Shown: positions 17,868 to 27,551 of the stretch, piece by piece | Layout: the number at the start of each line of letters is the position of its first letter | Numbering within the stretch: the first letter of the stretch is position 1 | Virus record (IMG/VR): IMGVR_UViG_3300024272_000051 | Coordinates: 40,405-104,404 of that record | Strand: one strand, 5' to 3' | From: a virus | Taxonomy: Duplodnaviria; Caudoviricetes | Length of the DNA stretch: 64,000 bases | Notes under the pieces: generated by a model | The model's database searches: none | Told to the model about the DNA's origin: nothing | The model's input: only the letters and a program-made list of their open reading frames with translations | Position numbers and translations under genes: made by a program

Positions 17868-20552
17868 CTAATCAATAACGCGAGCAAATAGATTTGCTCC
17901 ATCGTCAACACCACAACTAAATCGAATATAATGCATGTCGCTCCAAGATCCAGATACTGGAGCATTTGAACAAGTGCTGGAGTCCCAATATAAGTATGTA
18001 TCGTCGGTAGTACTATAAGCTGGGCCACCATATCCTTCTTTTAGCAAATTGGAATAATTAATCGCCTGTATTAAGGAGTGTGATGCATCATATACACATA
18101 CATAGGAAGCAGAGTTGTTCCAAGAACCACCAGTTACTTCAAGTTTTTGCCCATACTCGAATTCAATGAATCCGACAGCGGCAGAAGCTATTGAGGATGT
18201 GGTGACTTGACCACTGGAGTTCAATCTATATTCGTTTTTATATCCAGTACCATTGAAGATGTTGCCATTTTCATCTTCAGATGTTAAGACCACATTTGCT
18301 CCACTGCTTGTAGCAACGACTGTAATGATAATATTCCCGGTAACTTTATCAATAGATATGATACCGTCAGAATAGACAGTGTCTGATATATTGACTCCAC
18401 CCATAGTGACCACCACACTCTCAAGAACATACCCACTGGACGCAGTGATGTTAGCAGTGTACCTTTCGCCGTTGGAAATGGTAGTAGCACTGTTGTCGTT
18501 AGTTGCATATGTTAAGTTGTTAACAACCGACCACACATCTTCTACTTCATCGGCATATTTGATTTCCTCGTTTACAGTCAAAATACTGTTATCTGTAATA
18601 TTGGCGCAACAAACGCGAATAAATGCAGTGTTTTCTAAAGATACAGAGGCACCGCTAACTGTTGCACTAATAGAAGTATTAACTGTAAAGTCTGTGCAGT
18701 TTCCAGCATTATCTACCGTCGCATTCATTTGACCGAGATACCAAGCACTATTTGCCTGTATAAATGCTATATAATTCTTTTCAGAGTCATAGAAAACAAT
18801 ACGATGATTCCCGTCATTGGTAGAAAAAGACATGTCTTGCATACGGATAATATCTCCGTTTTTAACAGGAATAAATCCCGTGGTGCACACGGCAGCATTT
18901 GTACTTTCAACACCACCATTGATGTAGGTCTTTGCCTTATATCCTGTTCCGTTGTATACGTTGCCACTGGTGTCAGTAGAAATTGGGATTTGATTAGTGC
19001 AGGCAAGGGCGATTTCCGCACTTGCGGTAATAACTACATCTCCGATTACTGATCCAATGGTTATTATGCCGTCAGAATAAACAGAAGAGGTTATGTCTTC
19101 TCCGCCCATTGTTACAAAAACAGATGTAATAATACAATGTTCACTAGGTATTAGAGTTGCAGTAAAAGACTTACCTTCTTCGGCGCTCCCTGCCTCATTT
19201 GAAATCGTCAAATTCGACAAAGCGTTTGTGATACTATAATATACAGTGTCTCCATACCCAATTGTCCGATCCCTACCTGCTCCGTAGCAGAATGAATAGA
19301 TAATTTCTTCTGACGGATTAATAACATTAATTACAAAAGAAGTATCTTTGGCTGAGCCGACCGTCTTTAAATAATCAAGCTTTTCGCCATTAGAATCTTT
19401 TTCCTGAAAATCAATGTCTGTATAACTGCCAACTGTTGAGTAATAATTTTCTCTATTATACTGACCGTTTGGAACACAGATACGCCAAGCATCATACGAG
19501 ACAGAGCTACTGTTCTCATAGACACTAAGCTTGTCTGTCTTGAAATTATGGACATGCCCATGAAACTGTGCTATGAACTTTGCCATATTCGCGGAAGCGA
19601 AATCAATAATGTGACTTATCTCATCCTCTGAAGAAATTGTAATTGAACTGCCTTCAACATAAGCCTTAAACAGTTCGCTGAGTGGCATCGTATTACCATA
19701 ATCAGCGGGGTAGTGAGATAAAACTATAAAGCCCCATTCGGACGCATCGGTTTTACTATTCAAATCTAATAAGGCATTCGCAAGCCAAATGCGCTGAGAG
19801 CCAAGCGTTCCTTTATCGGTTTGGTTAACAACCAAGGATTCGCTGGTATTAAGCAGAAATACTCGTAGCTTTTTATCAGAAAAGTCACGATAACAGTAGC
19901 CTCCATTTTCTACCCCACCAACTACGGTGTCTTCACTTTCAGAAAGAGCAGTGTATTGACCATACAGATAATCGCCAGTCTCGGTATATGTACCACTGTT
20001 TCCATCACTAATCATCTGGTTATGATAGTAAATACCGGTATCATGATTGCCGATAGCATGAAAGCAGGGAATGCCCTCGTGAGATTCCTTTAGTAGTGAA
20101 AATGTATCAGATGCTTGAGATTGTAATAACTCGGAGGTTGTCTTTGCACTACCCCAAGTAGAGTCTCCTAAATGTGCCATGAAATCAAAATCTAAAATAT
20201 AAGAAAGGATCTTTGCTGCCATGGCACTATGTAGATTGCTTGTATTGGTTTGAACACCATCGGCATCTGTATATGTATCGCTGTCAGCTTGTGCACCATA
20301 TTGGTGGGTATCACTCATTGTAAGGAACACGATGCTTTCATCTCTTAAAACAGACTTCACTTCATTGGCAACACGCAAAGCTTCGGCCTTGACATAGTCT
20401 GGAATATTCGCATGAGCGATTTCCTCTGTTAGACTCAAAGCAGAAACCGCTGTTATCATATCGTCTAAGCTCAACTTAGCTGTTGTTCCTGTCTTTTCTC
20501 GGATGGCATTGGCAAGGTTTGTCATTTTTTGATTTACTTCATATACAGCCAT
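17868..20552 (-). CDS. Calcineurin-like metallophosphoesterase fused to Ig-like repeats (putatively virion-associated)
   Basis: SDTH, LGDS, GNHD, LSH, HGHVH motifs; two VTMGG repeats; two NGTGYK domains. Confidence 0.8.
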   Translation of the reverse strand: MAVYEVNQKMTNLANAIREKTGTTAKLSLDDMITAVSALSLTEEIAHANIPDYVKAEALRVANEVKSVLRDESIVFLTMSDTHQYGAQADSDTYTDADGVQTNTSNLHSAMAAKILSYILDFDFMAHLGDSTWGSAKTTSELLQSQASDTFSLLKESHEGIPCFHAIGNHDTGIYYHNQMISDGNSGTYTETGDYLYGQYTALSESEDTVVGGVENGGYCYRDFSDKKLRVFLLNTSESLVVNQTDKGTLGSQRIWLANALLDLNSKTDASEWGFIVLSHYPADYGNTMPLSELFKAYVEGSSITISSEDEISHIIDFASANMAKFIAQFHGHVHNFKTDKLSVYENSSSVSYDAWRICVPNGQYNRENYYSTVGSYTDIDFQEKDSNGEKLDYLKTVGSAKDTSFVINVINPSEEIIYSFCYGAGRDRTIGYGDTVYYSITNALSNLTISNEAGSAEEGKSFTATLIPSEHCIITSVFVTMGGEDITSSVYSDGIITIGSVIGDVVITASAEIALACTNQIPISTDTSGNVYNGTGYKAKTYINGGVESTNAAVCTTGFIPVKNGDIIRMQDMSFSTNDGNHRIVFYDSEKNYIAFIQANSAWYLGQMNATVDNAGNCTDFTVNTSISATVSGASVSLENTAFIRVCCANITDNSILTVNEEIKYADEVEDVWSVVNNLTYATNDNSATTISNGERYTANITASSGYVLESVVVTMGGVNISDTVYSDGIISIDKVTGNIIITVVATSSGANVVLTSEDENGNIFNGTGYKNEYRLNSSGQVTTSSIASAAVGFIEFEYGQKLEVTGGSWNNSASYVCVYDASHSLIQAINYSNLLKEGYGGPAYSTTDDTYLYWDSSTCSNAPVSGSWSDMHYIRFSCGVDDGANLFARVID

Positions 20553-21376
20553 TACCATTCACCACCTAAAATAAGAGTATCCACATAGTTTTTGATTTCG
20601 TCTTTATCTGATTCGGTCCAATAATCAATTCCCTTTTGTGGAGTATATCCATCCTCTCCATCTTGACCTTTCAAATCAACAGATGTTTCTCCGGAAGCAG
20701 ATTTGATAGTCAAAACAGTTCCGTTCCAAGAGTGTGTGCAAGAAGTACCAGGCACACCATCTTGGCCGTCCTCTCCATTTTTAATGACAACTGTATTAGA
20801 TCCATTTTTATCTGTGATAGTTATGGTCGAGCCATCATCTGTTTTTTCTACAGTAATAGTGGGTGAAAAACCATCATCACCATCAGTTCCGCTTTCTCCA
20901 GAGGGGATCGTAATTATTTGATCTGAAACCTCGTTCATACCGTCCAAATTTGCTCTAAAAGAGATTTTGATTGTGTTTGCGTCAACTTGCGAGACTGTGG
21001 GTGTATAGTATCCACCATCTCCAACAGTTGGCGCAACGGTATTGCCACCGCTCGGCAAAATTTGAATCCTACAATCATCCGGCATGTCACCATCACCGAT
21101 ATAGATGTCCGCAATACCATCTGTACCATTTCTAACAGTAAAGTCAACAACCTTGCCATTCGCCAGTGTAAAAGTGATCTTATTTTCACCACCGCTGGCA
21201 TCGCTCTCTTCTGTTGTGATATCAACAACGCCAGCCTCTGCAATCTCTTTTAATATTCGATCAATCTTTACAATATTAGAATCGTCGGCAGAACTATTCA
21301 TTTTTGCTCTCCAATCCTTAAAGAGCGTGGAACTGTCGTCTTCGACATACAGCCCATAATTAATTGTTTCAGCCAT
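20552..21376 (-). CDS. Collagen-like tail fibre/stalk protein
   Basis: Gly-X-Y runs, GFSPTITV, GTSCTHSWNGT, GYTPQKGIDYWTESDK. Confidence 0.75.
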   Translation of the reverse strand: MAETINYGLYVEDDSSTLFKDWRAKMNSSADDSNIVKIDRILKEIAEAGVVDITTEESDASGGENKITFTLANGKVVDFTVRNGTDGIADIYIGDGDMPDDCRIQILPSGGNTVAPTVGDGGYYTPTVSQVDANTIKISFRANLDGMNEVSDQIITIPSGESGTDGDDGFSPTITVEKTDDGSTITITDKNGSNTVVIKNGEDGQDGVPGTSCTHSWNGTVLTIKSASGETSVDLKGQDGEDGYTPQKGIDYWTESDKDEIKNYVDTLILGGEW

Positions 21377-21424
21377 TTTTACCTCCTTTCATACATGCTT
21401 GTATAAAATGACAGTTTGGCCTAA

Positions 21425-21586
21425 TTAGTATTCAACGCCGTAAAGATCAAAAAGATCTTTTACGGCGTTGGTTTTTAATATTTTCTTTTGTTGCCCTTGG
21501 TTTAAGGCATCATATACTGTTTGTAAGGCCAATTTTGTATTCGTTTTTGCCTCTTGTACAGCCAAAGTCAATTCTTCTTTTGTCAT
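21425..21586 (-). CDS. 53-aa protein not in the ORF track (possible fibre chaperone)
   Basis: MTKEELTLAVQEAKTNTKLALQTVYDALNQGQQKKILKTNAVKDLFDLYGVEY; ATG overlaps the previous stop; GGGGTGA RBS. Confidence 0.7.
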   Translation of the reverse strand: MTKEELTLAVQEAKTNTKLALQTVYDALNQGQQKKILKTNAVKDLFDLYGVEY

Positions 21587-21828
21587 AGTTTCACCCCAAA
21601 TTCTGCAAGGGCCATTTCATAATCAGACGTAGTGGCCAATTCAGTATCACAAAAAGCACTATCTGGTGTTAATATCGGCACATCGGTCTCATTATATACC
21701 CTATTACTCCCGATAGGATCGATTGCCTCATCATACAAAACATCGTCACGTTCAATCATATAACCACTGTCTGAGTATTTTTGTAAAAACTCAACATCGT
21801 CAATGACTATTGTTTTTTGTACAATCAT
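21583..21828 (-). CDS. Small tail-fibre-associated protein
   Basis: YSDSGYMIERDDVLYDEAIDP; GGAGG RBS; follows the LRR protein. Confidence 0.65.
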   Translation of the reverse strand: MIVQKTIVIDDVEFLQKYSDSGYMIERDDVLYDEAIDPIGSNRVYNETDVPILTPDSAFCDTELATTSDYEMALAEFGVKL

Positions 21829-21831
21829 ACG

Positions 21832-24800
21832 TTATACACCTCCGCAAATATCCTGATAATCTTCGATAGCTCTAAACCTTTTTGATAAAGTGCTCCAGTT
21901 AGTTGCAGACTTGTATTCGGACAGTAAGGCTTTTGGAACATATATATATCCGGTAGTTGTCAGAGAGCTGCTTGCAAAAGCTGTTGTAGACGCTAATGCG
22001 CATACAGTGTCGCTCCTGAGAATTAACGCATCTAACGGTGTATAATTAAACGAGTTACCCTCTATTTTTGTTGCGACATGAAAATCTGCCTTTGTTAAAA
22101 ATTCACACTTCCAGAATGAGCTTGTTGTTACGGTCTGTAGTTTTGTGCATACGACGCTTGTAAGTCCAGATTGAGAAAATGTGCTACTACCAAGAAATTT
22201 CTTGATATTTGAAAAGTCAAAATTTGTTAAAGAAGAGCATTTTGAGAAAACCGCTCCGGGCAACTCTTCTATAGCAGGTGAAAGTTTAACACTTTGTAGA
22301 TTGGTACACCCGTAAAACGCGCTTCCCTCCAATTCGACAACTCCTGGTAAATAGACCTCTTTTAGATCAACGCACCCATTGAATGCGCTATATCCAACTT
22401 TACTTACATTTTCAGCATGTATACTGGACAAAGACTTGCAATCCATGAATGCACACTCTCCAATATGTGTTGCGCTTGGAAGATCGGCGACTTTTAACGA
22501 TGAGCATCGCGCAAAACAACGATCAGCCACCACGTTTAAAAGAGGGAAGGGGGTAGACTCAATGTTTGACCATTCAAATGCACCCTCATACCCATAATCA
22601 CCTTCGCCAACATCGATAAACTCAACAAGGGGGGAGTTTATGCTGTATAGATTTTTACATCCAAAAAATGCCGCTCCACCTATTGTGCGCACGCGAGGAA
22701 AATCTACATACAATAGACTGGTATTCCTATAAAATGCATATGGAGCAATTTCGCCCAAACTGTTACTACTCATATTGAAACTTGATCGAGAAATAAGATC
22801 GTCATAAACAGATATTTCCCAATCAAGCATCGGTAAATTACCAGTATACACAAACCCGAATATTTCTGCAAAGTCCAATCCGCACATATGTTCATGTTCC
22901 ACATCAATTGCAACGTCTTCATAGTGGTCATCGGCCTGAATGTTAAACGGCTTTCTGCTAACACCCCTCAAATATGCGACATTATTATAGCTTCCGACAG
23001 AGGTGCTTCTACATGTTACATATATCGCGCTACCTGCATAAAAGTCATTTTCGTCAATTATTCCATCCTCGTTTGTATCTATGTTGCGCTCAATATAATC
23101 AGCTGCACCAGCAGTGAAACAATTGTGTACATAGAAACTTTCTATTTGCGTTTCACCAAAAAGACCAGCAGAATGCCAGCGGCTTGTTCCGTCTAGCGAA
23201 TGACTTCCATAGTTTCCAGTATTATAGCAATTGTTTACTATTGTCGTGCGAGTTGATGTATCAATATCGCCTACAGCAGTAGCAAACAAGTCTACAAGGT
23301 ATTCGGATTTATTTCGATCATACAGTCTTATCCAGGCATTCTCAGCTCTACCAGATCTATATGTTATATTACAGTAAGTGTCGTTATCGGTGCGCATCGA
23401 TACATCTATAAAATCATTATTTGATATTATATCAATGTCATCAATAGAAGAGCCTGCATTTTCTAAGATGCCTTTGGCTTCAAATTCAATAGTCTTTCCG
23501 CTGATAACCTCTATATCGTTGGCTTGAATTAATTTTATGCTGTTTAACATAATCGTTGGTCTTGAGCCATAACTGGGGTCAGAATGTTCTATGCTTATAG
23601 TGGAAATACCTTTCTTTAAATTAATTCCACGTATATAGTCTTCTTTCCTTTGGGATGATGTCCCCCTGAATATATAATCTTTATATAAAAGCTCGCCATC
23701 AACATAGATATCAGCGCATCCGCCACCGGCGTTTCCGCCAGTAATAATGTTGGAGTTACCGGTTGAACTTTCGGCGTACAAATCTATGACAAGCTGATAA
23801 CGACCATCTTCTGGAACAACAACTTTTAAACACAAATCTGCACGATTTGCATTAACGGAGTTGTTCGTATAAGTCATATATGGGTAATACCCAACTCGCC
23901 ATTGATACTCTGGATTGTTGTTAAAGAACAGCCTTTTACGAAATTCCTTTCTCTTAAAACCAGAAACAGTTTCGTCTATCCACCAGTTGTGATTGAGCTT
24001 CAAATATTCGTTTAAACTATCATAAGCAGCTATTTGCTCGGTAGTCATGGCCGTATTCCCATCTTTACATCCAACATACTTTACATTTTCATCAGATGTT
24101 GGTGCAAGATCATTCCACCAATCTTGGTTAGACATTCCAGAAACTGAGGCAGAAAAATCTATTTCCACAATATCTCCAGTGTCTTTGTATCTGTGTGTAC
24201 AGCCGCCAAGTCGACCGATTAAACAACCGGTAATGTCATAGCCATCAATCCTTCCTTTGTTACAACTGCATGTAACTTTGGATGGCACATCAGAATCTTC
24301 CATATAACCGATTAAACCGCCAACATACATTCCGCTGATATACATATCTGCCTCATTAGAGCATTCATGTACAACAACAGACTTAGCATAGCCAATAATG
24401 CCACCGATATTGGTGTAGAAAAGATGCTGGTATGCCCCTGGATTTGTGTTCAGTGGACTGTTAATGCTAACCTTGTTACAGCATCTAACAAATGTAGAGT
24501 TTTTTGCAACAGCACAAATGCCTCCAATCTTACTATTTTCACAATGGCGACCAGTAATAGTGGCTGAGCCTGATACGGTTATATTTCTTATAGTTGCACC
24601 ATTAACAGTTCCGAACAAACCAACACGGAAATCTCGGTATTTATCCTCTACTTTGTCGAAAACATTGTTAAAGGACATTTCGATTCCAGATATTGTGTGT
24701 CCTTGACCGTCGAATGTACCGCAGTATGGAGTATCTGAGGTGCCAATAGCATGGCTTGACATATCTTCAATCCATTTGGTAGCACTCATATCAATATCAT

Positions 24801-25008
24801 CTGTCAGGACAGCACAAAGGTTTGATCTTCCGGCATTTACCTCGTTAGAAAAGTGCAATAGGTCTTCTGCGGACGATATAGAAATTGGCTTCATATCTTT
24901 TAGGGCTTGTATTGCTTCTGTTAGATTTTCATGCTTAAGCCCGGTAGCATTTTCGATGCGGTTCTTTACGGCTTCAATTCTCTGCACGCTTTCAAATTTA
25001 ATACTCAT
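21832..25008 (-). CDS. Multidomain adhesin-like protein: GLUG-type repeats, inserted CBM-like module, EF-hand-like motif, BspA-type LRRs
   Basis: LTDDIDM/GTFDGQGHTISG/VGLFG/GGIIG; IG..AF..C..L repeats; YVPKALLSEYKSATNW. Confidence 0.8.
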   Translation of the reverse strand: MSIKFESVQRIEAVKNRIENATGLKHENLTEAIQALKDMKPISISSAEDLLHFSNEVNAGRSNLCAVLTDDIDMSATKWIEDMSSHAIGTSDTPYCGTFDGQGHTISGIEMSFNNVFDKVEDKYRDFRVGLFGTVNGATIRNITVSGSATITGRHCENSKIGGICAVAKNSTFVRCCNKVSINSPLNTNPGAYQHLFYTNIGGIIGYAKSVVVHECSNEADMYISGMYVGGLIGYMEDSDVPSKVTCSCNKGRIDGYDITGCLIGRLGGCTHRYKDTGDIVEIDFSASVSGMSNQDWWNDLAPTSDENVKYVGCKDGNTAMTTEQIAAYDSLNEYLKLNHNWWIDETVSGFKRKEFRKRLFFNNNPEYQWRVGYYPYMTYTNNSVNANRADLCLKVVVPEDGRYQLVIDLYAESSTGNSNIITGGNAGGGCADIYVDGELLYKDYIFRGTSSQRKEDYIRGINLKKGISTISIEHSDPSYGSRPTIMLNSIKLIQANDIEVISGKTIEFEAKGILENAGSSIDDIDIISNNDFIDVSMRTDNDTYCNITYRSGRAENAWIRLYDRNKSEYLVDLFATAVGDIDTSTRTTIVNNCYNTGNYGSHSLDGTSRWHSAGLFGETQIESFYVHNCFTAGAADYIERNIDTNEDGIIDENDFYAGSAIYVTCRSTSVGSYNNVAYLRGVSRKPFNIQADDHYEDVAIDVEHEHMCGLDFAEIFGFVYTGNLPMLDWEISVYDDLISRSSFNMSSNSLGEIAPYAFYRNTSLLYVDFPRVRTIGGAAFFGCKNLYSINSPLVEFIDVGEGDYGYEGAFEWSNIESTPFPLLNVVADRCFARCSSLKVADLPSATHIGECAFMDCKSLSSIHAENVSKVGYSAFNGCVDLKEVYLPGVVELEGSAFYGCTNLQSVKLSPAIEELPGAVFSKCSSLTNFDFSNIKKFLGSSTFSQSGLTSVVCTKLQTVTTSSFWKCEFLTKADFHVATKIEGNSFNYTPLDALILRSDTVCALASTTAFASSSLTTTGYIYVPKALLSEYKSATNWSTLSKRFRAIEDYQDICGGV

Positions 25009-25892
25009 TGTAAAACCCCCGTTCCGATAGAGGCAATTAATTTTTCATCCAATAAGCCGGCAGCTTGTTCGGCAATGTCGCGCTTGTCTGTTTCTGTTAA
25101 AACATAATCGTTGCCAACTGCATCTACACCAAGAGACTTCCACGTCTTTCCATTGTCATACGACACCATCCATTGTTCAGATGACTCGTCAATGTTAATA
25201 ACGGGGGTGTTACCATCTTTCCCGTCTTTGCCATTGGCTCCAACAATTACGCCAAGATTGTTCTCAACCCCGTTGGAGTAAGTGAGGACTAACTCATTAT
25301 TTTCGTTAATCACTGCGGAAACAACACTTACGCCATCTTTACCGTCTTCTGGCATATTAACCAAAATACCATTCCACTTATCAACATCGCCGCTTAATAT
25401 TTTTGCAAGCTCGTCCATATTGGCGTGGTTATGCGAGTCGTTTTTTAGTTCCTCGATGTTGTCTTCTGCAAAAGTCACGCGATCCTGCAGGTCTGGAAAG
25501 GCCGCGTCATCATAGTCCGCAAAGTCCTTTGAGTCTTGGATGGTTAAAGTACACTCTCCGCTCTTAACTACAATTTGCTCAGAAGAATGTGGAATGAAGT
25601 GAAGCCAAGTACAGATGTCACCGGCAACATTTGTAATTTTACGATCAACAGGAACGGTGTATTGGCAATAGTTGTCATTATACATAGCTCCTGTATTTTC
25701 TAATTTGATAACATTGGGAATGCCGTCGCTGCGTATATAATTTAAATATACACGAGATGTTGTGACATCGATATCGTCGATCATTTTGGGTATCAAGTAA
25801 ATTATTTTCTTGTTTAGGTTTTCTCCACGATAAATTGGTTCTTTTGCGGTTATAACCAAAGACTCGTCTTTTTCAAGTTTAATATAAAACAA
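25005..25892 (-). CDS. BppU-like baseplate-anchored collagen-like stalk protein
   Basis: N-terminal YRGENL...IYLIP domain, HNHANMDEL, Gly-X-Y run, DYVLTETDK. Confidence 0.65.
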   Translation of the reverse strand: MFYIKLEKDESLVITAKEPIYRGENLNKKIIYLIPKMIDDIDVTTSRVYLNYIRSDGIPNVIKLENTGAMYNDNYCQYTVPVDRKITNVAGDICTWLHFIPHSSEQIVVKSGECTLTIQDSKDFADYDDAAFPDLQDRVTFAEDNIEELKNDSHNHANMDELAKILSGDVDKWNGILVNMPEDGKDGVSVVSAVINENNELVLTYSNGVENNLGVIVGANGKDGKDGNTPVINIDESSEQWMVSYDNGKTWKSLGVDAVGNDYVLTETDKRDIAEQAAGLLDEKLIASIGTGVLQ

Positions 25893-25968
25893 CGGTTTCA
25901 CCTCCGTTTTTTTGTTTTCAAGTTGGGTTGTAGAGTATACTTTTGCACATACACCCTACAACCGGTAT

Positions 25969-26676
25969 TTATTGCTCAACAAATCCAAGATCATCCAGAG
26001 AAAGAGCATCAAGGTCAAACAATGTATTTAGATCTGTCTCTCCATCTAAATCAATCAATGCACGATAACATCCGCTTGAAAGCGTGGCTTCTATCGAAAA
26101 CTGCATATTAGACCCCGCCGCAATCAACTTCGCTACAAGTTCATCAACTTCCGCTTGTGATACAAGCATATTGGAGATGTCGACAAATTTGATTGTTTCA
26201 AGATTGTCCAAGTCAGCAACTCCAATAATGGTCTCAGATGTGTTGGCATCCAACAGATACTGTAAGAACAAATGTATTGGATCTACATCAATATTCAACG
26301 AGCCATCTACATCAATAGGAAACTTAGAAACAATGTTGAGATCATCAGTCGAAATATAAAAGGCATTTTCTAATGATATGCTTCTAATTGCAGCCAATTG
26401 TGCAGAAACTTCGATCTTACCAGAAAGAGTAAGGTGCTCGAAGCACCGTTTGACCATTTGGTCAATGTGTGCAACAACATCCATTCTACTCTCTTTTAAT
26501 GCTAGTACTTTTTGAATGCTGTATTCTGCAAGACAACAATCCAATAAGATTTTGGCGTCAATAGAAAGAGTATCTTTAAGTGTAATGGCATGGACGATAA
26601 TATCACACACAGTCAACCGATTTCTTAAATAGACATCATAAGAGCGGTCGGTTAAGTAAACATCATATCTCTTCAT
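25969..26676 (-). CDS. Hypothetical tail/baseplate protein
   Basis: Position in tail module; GAGGGTGG RBS. Confidence 0.55.
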   Translation of the reverse strand: MKRYDVYLTDRSYDVYLRNRLTVCDIIVHAITLKDTLSIDAKILLDCCLAEYSIQKVLALKESRMDVVAHIDQMVKRCFEHLTLSGKIEVSAQLAAIRSISLENAFYISTDDLNIVSKFPIDVDGSLNIDVDPIHLFLQYLLDANTSETIIGVADLDNLETIKFVDISNMLVSQAEVDELVAKLIAAGSNMQFSIEATLSSGCYRALIDLDGETDLNTLFDLDALSLDDLGFVEQ

Positions 26677-26695
26677 ATACGACCACCCTCATAAA

Positions 26696-27094
26696 TTATG
26701 GGTTACTCACACTCAGCTTTAGCGCCCCAGGCTTAAGTGTCATAATTGTGTCCGGTTCAACAGTTCGAGGGGTGGTGAGAGCACCATACATCAAAAGGTT
26801 GCCGCCAGTTTGCGCATCATAAATAACAAAGTGTGTTACAGTACCCCAATTGGTTTCGCTTGTTGGAAAATCAATTGAGGACGTGTTAGAAATGAGGCCG
26901 TCAGTCGGAGCGCCAAGCTTTCCTGAAAGAGCCTGTCTAACATAGTCGCTGCCTGCAGGTTCTTTTGCGCCAGTACCTGCAATAGTAGGTGTTGCCGTAC
27001 TAAGTCCAACATAATATGCAGTTGGAAGAGCAGGACTGGTCTTTGTCTTAAATACATTTCCAGAAACACAGTTAAGGAAATAGGTTGTATTCAT
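26696..27094 (-). CDS. Small tail/baseplate structural protein
   Basis: YVGLST..P, SDYVRQ, NWGTVTHFVIYDAQTGGNLL. Confidence 0.65.
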   Translation of the reverse strand: MNTTYFLNCVSGNVFKTKTSPALPTAYYVGLSTATPTIAGTGAKEPAGSDYVRQALSGKLGAPTDGLISNTSSIDFPTSETNWGTVTHFVIYDAQTGGNLLMYGALTTPRTVEPDTIMTLKPGALKLSVSNP

Positions 27095-27152
27095 AGTTCC
27101 ATCCTCCTTTGTGGACATAAATAAGAAAGCCGAGAGTGTTTACTCTCGACTA

Positions 27153-27527
27153 TTATGCAAAGTAATCTTTATGGATATTGTTCGAGATATACATGATGCC
27201 TTGTTTTACCTCTGTATCTCCGTCTGTATCCTTAATAATGATTTGATATATATATTTGCCATACAGGTCAACTGACTCTGTTGGAGTCAGAACAACGGTC
27301 AGCATATTCTGAGTCTGACCATCACTTGAATCAATGGTCATTGATTTTTTTACAATTGGATCGCCGTACTTATTGGTATAGCTGACAATAGAAAAGTTGG
27401 AGGTACAACCATCCAACCCGCACGGCCTTTTACTGCCCCCATGATAAATGTTGAAGGCAAGACGCTGTGTCTCGCCCCCAACAAAATCAATTGTCGGCAG
27501 TGTGTATGGACTATGTTCGCAATTCAC
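27153..27527 (-). CDS. BppU N-terminal-like baseplate protein
   Basis: FVGGET...VVLTPTES..L.GKYIYQI. Confidence 0.55.
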   Translation of the reverse strand: MNCEHSPYTLPTIDFVGGETQRLAFNIYHGGSKRPCGLDGCTSNFSIVSYTNKYGDPIVKKSMTIDSSDGQTQNMLTVVLTPTESVDLYGKYIYQIIIKDTDGDTEVKQGIMYISNNIHKDYFA

Positions 27528-27551
27528 ACATCCACCGCCTTTCTTACCAAA

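Noticed and set aside
14816-25892. Diversity-generating retroelement or invertase shufflon acting on fibre genes
   Set aside because: No reverse transcriptase, no near-identical TR/VR pair seen, all genes co-oriented, and no adjacent invertase. The repeats are diverged at the DNA level.
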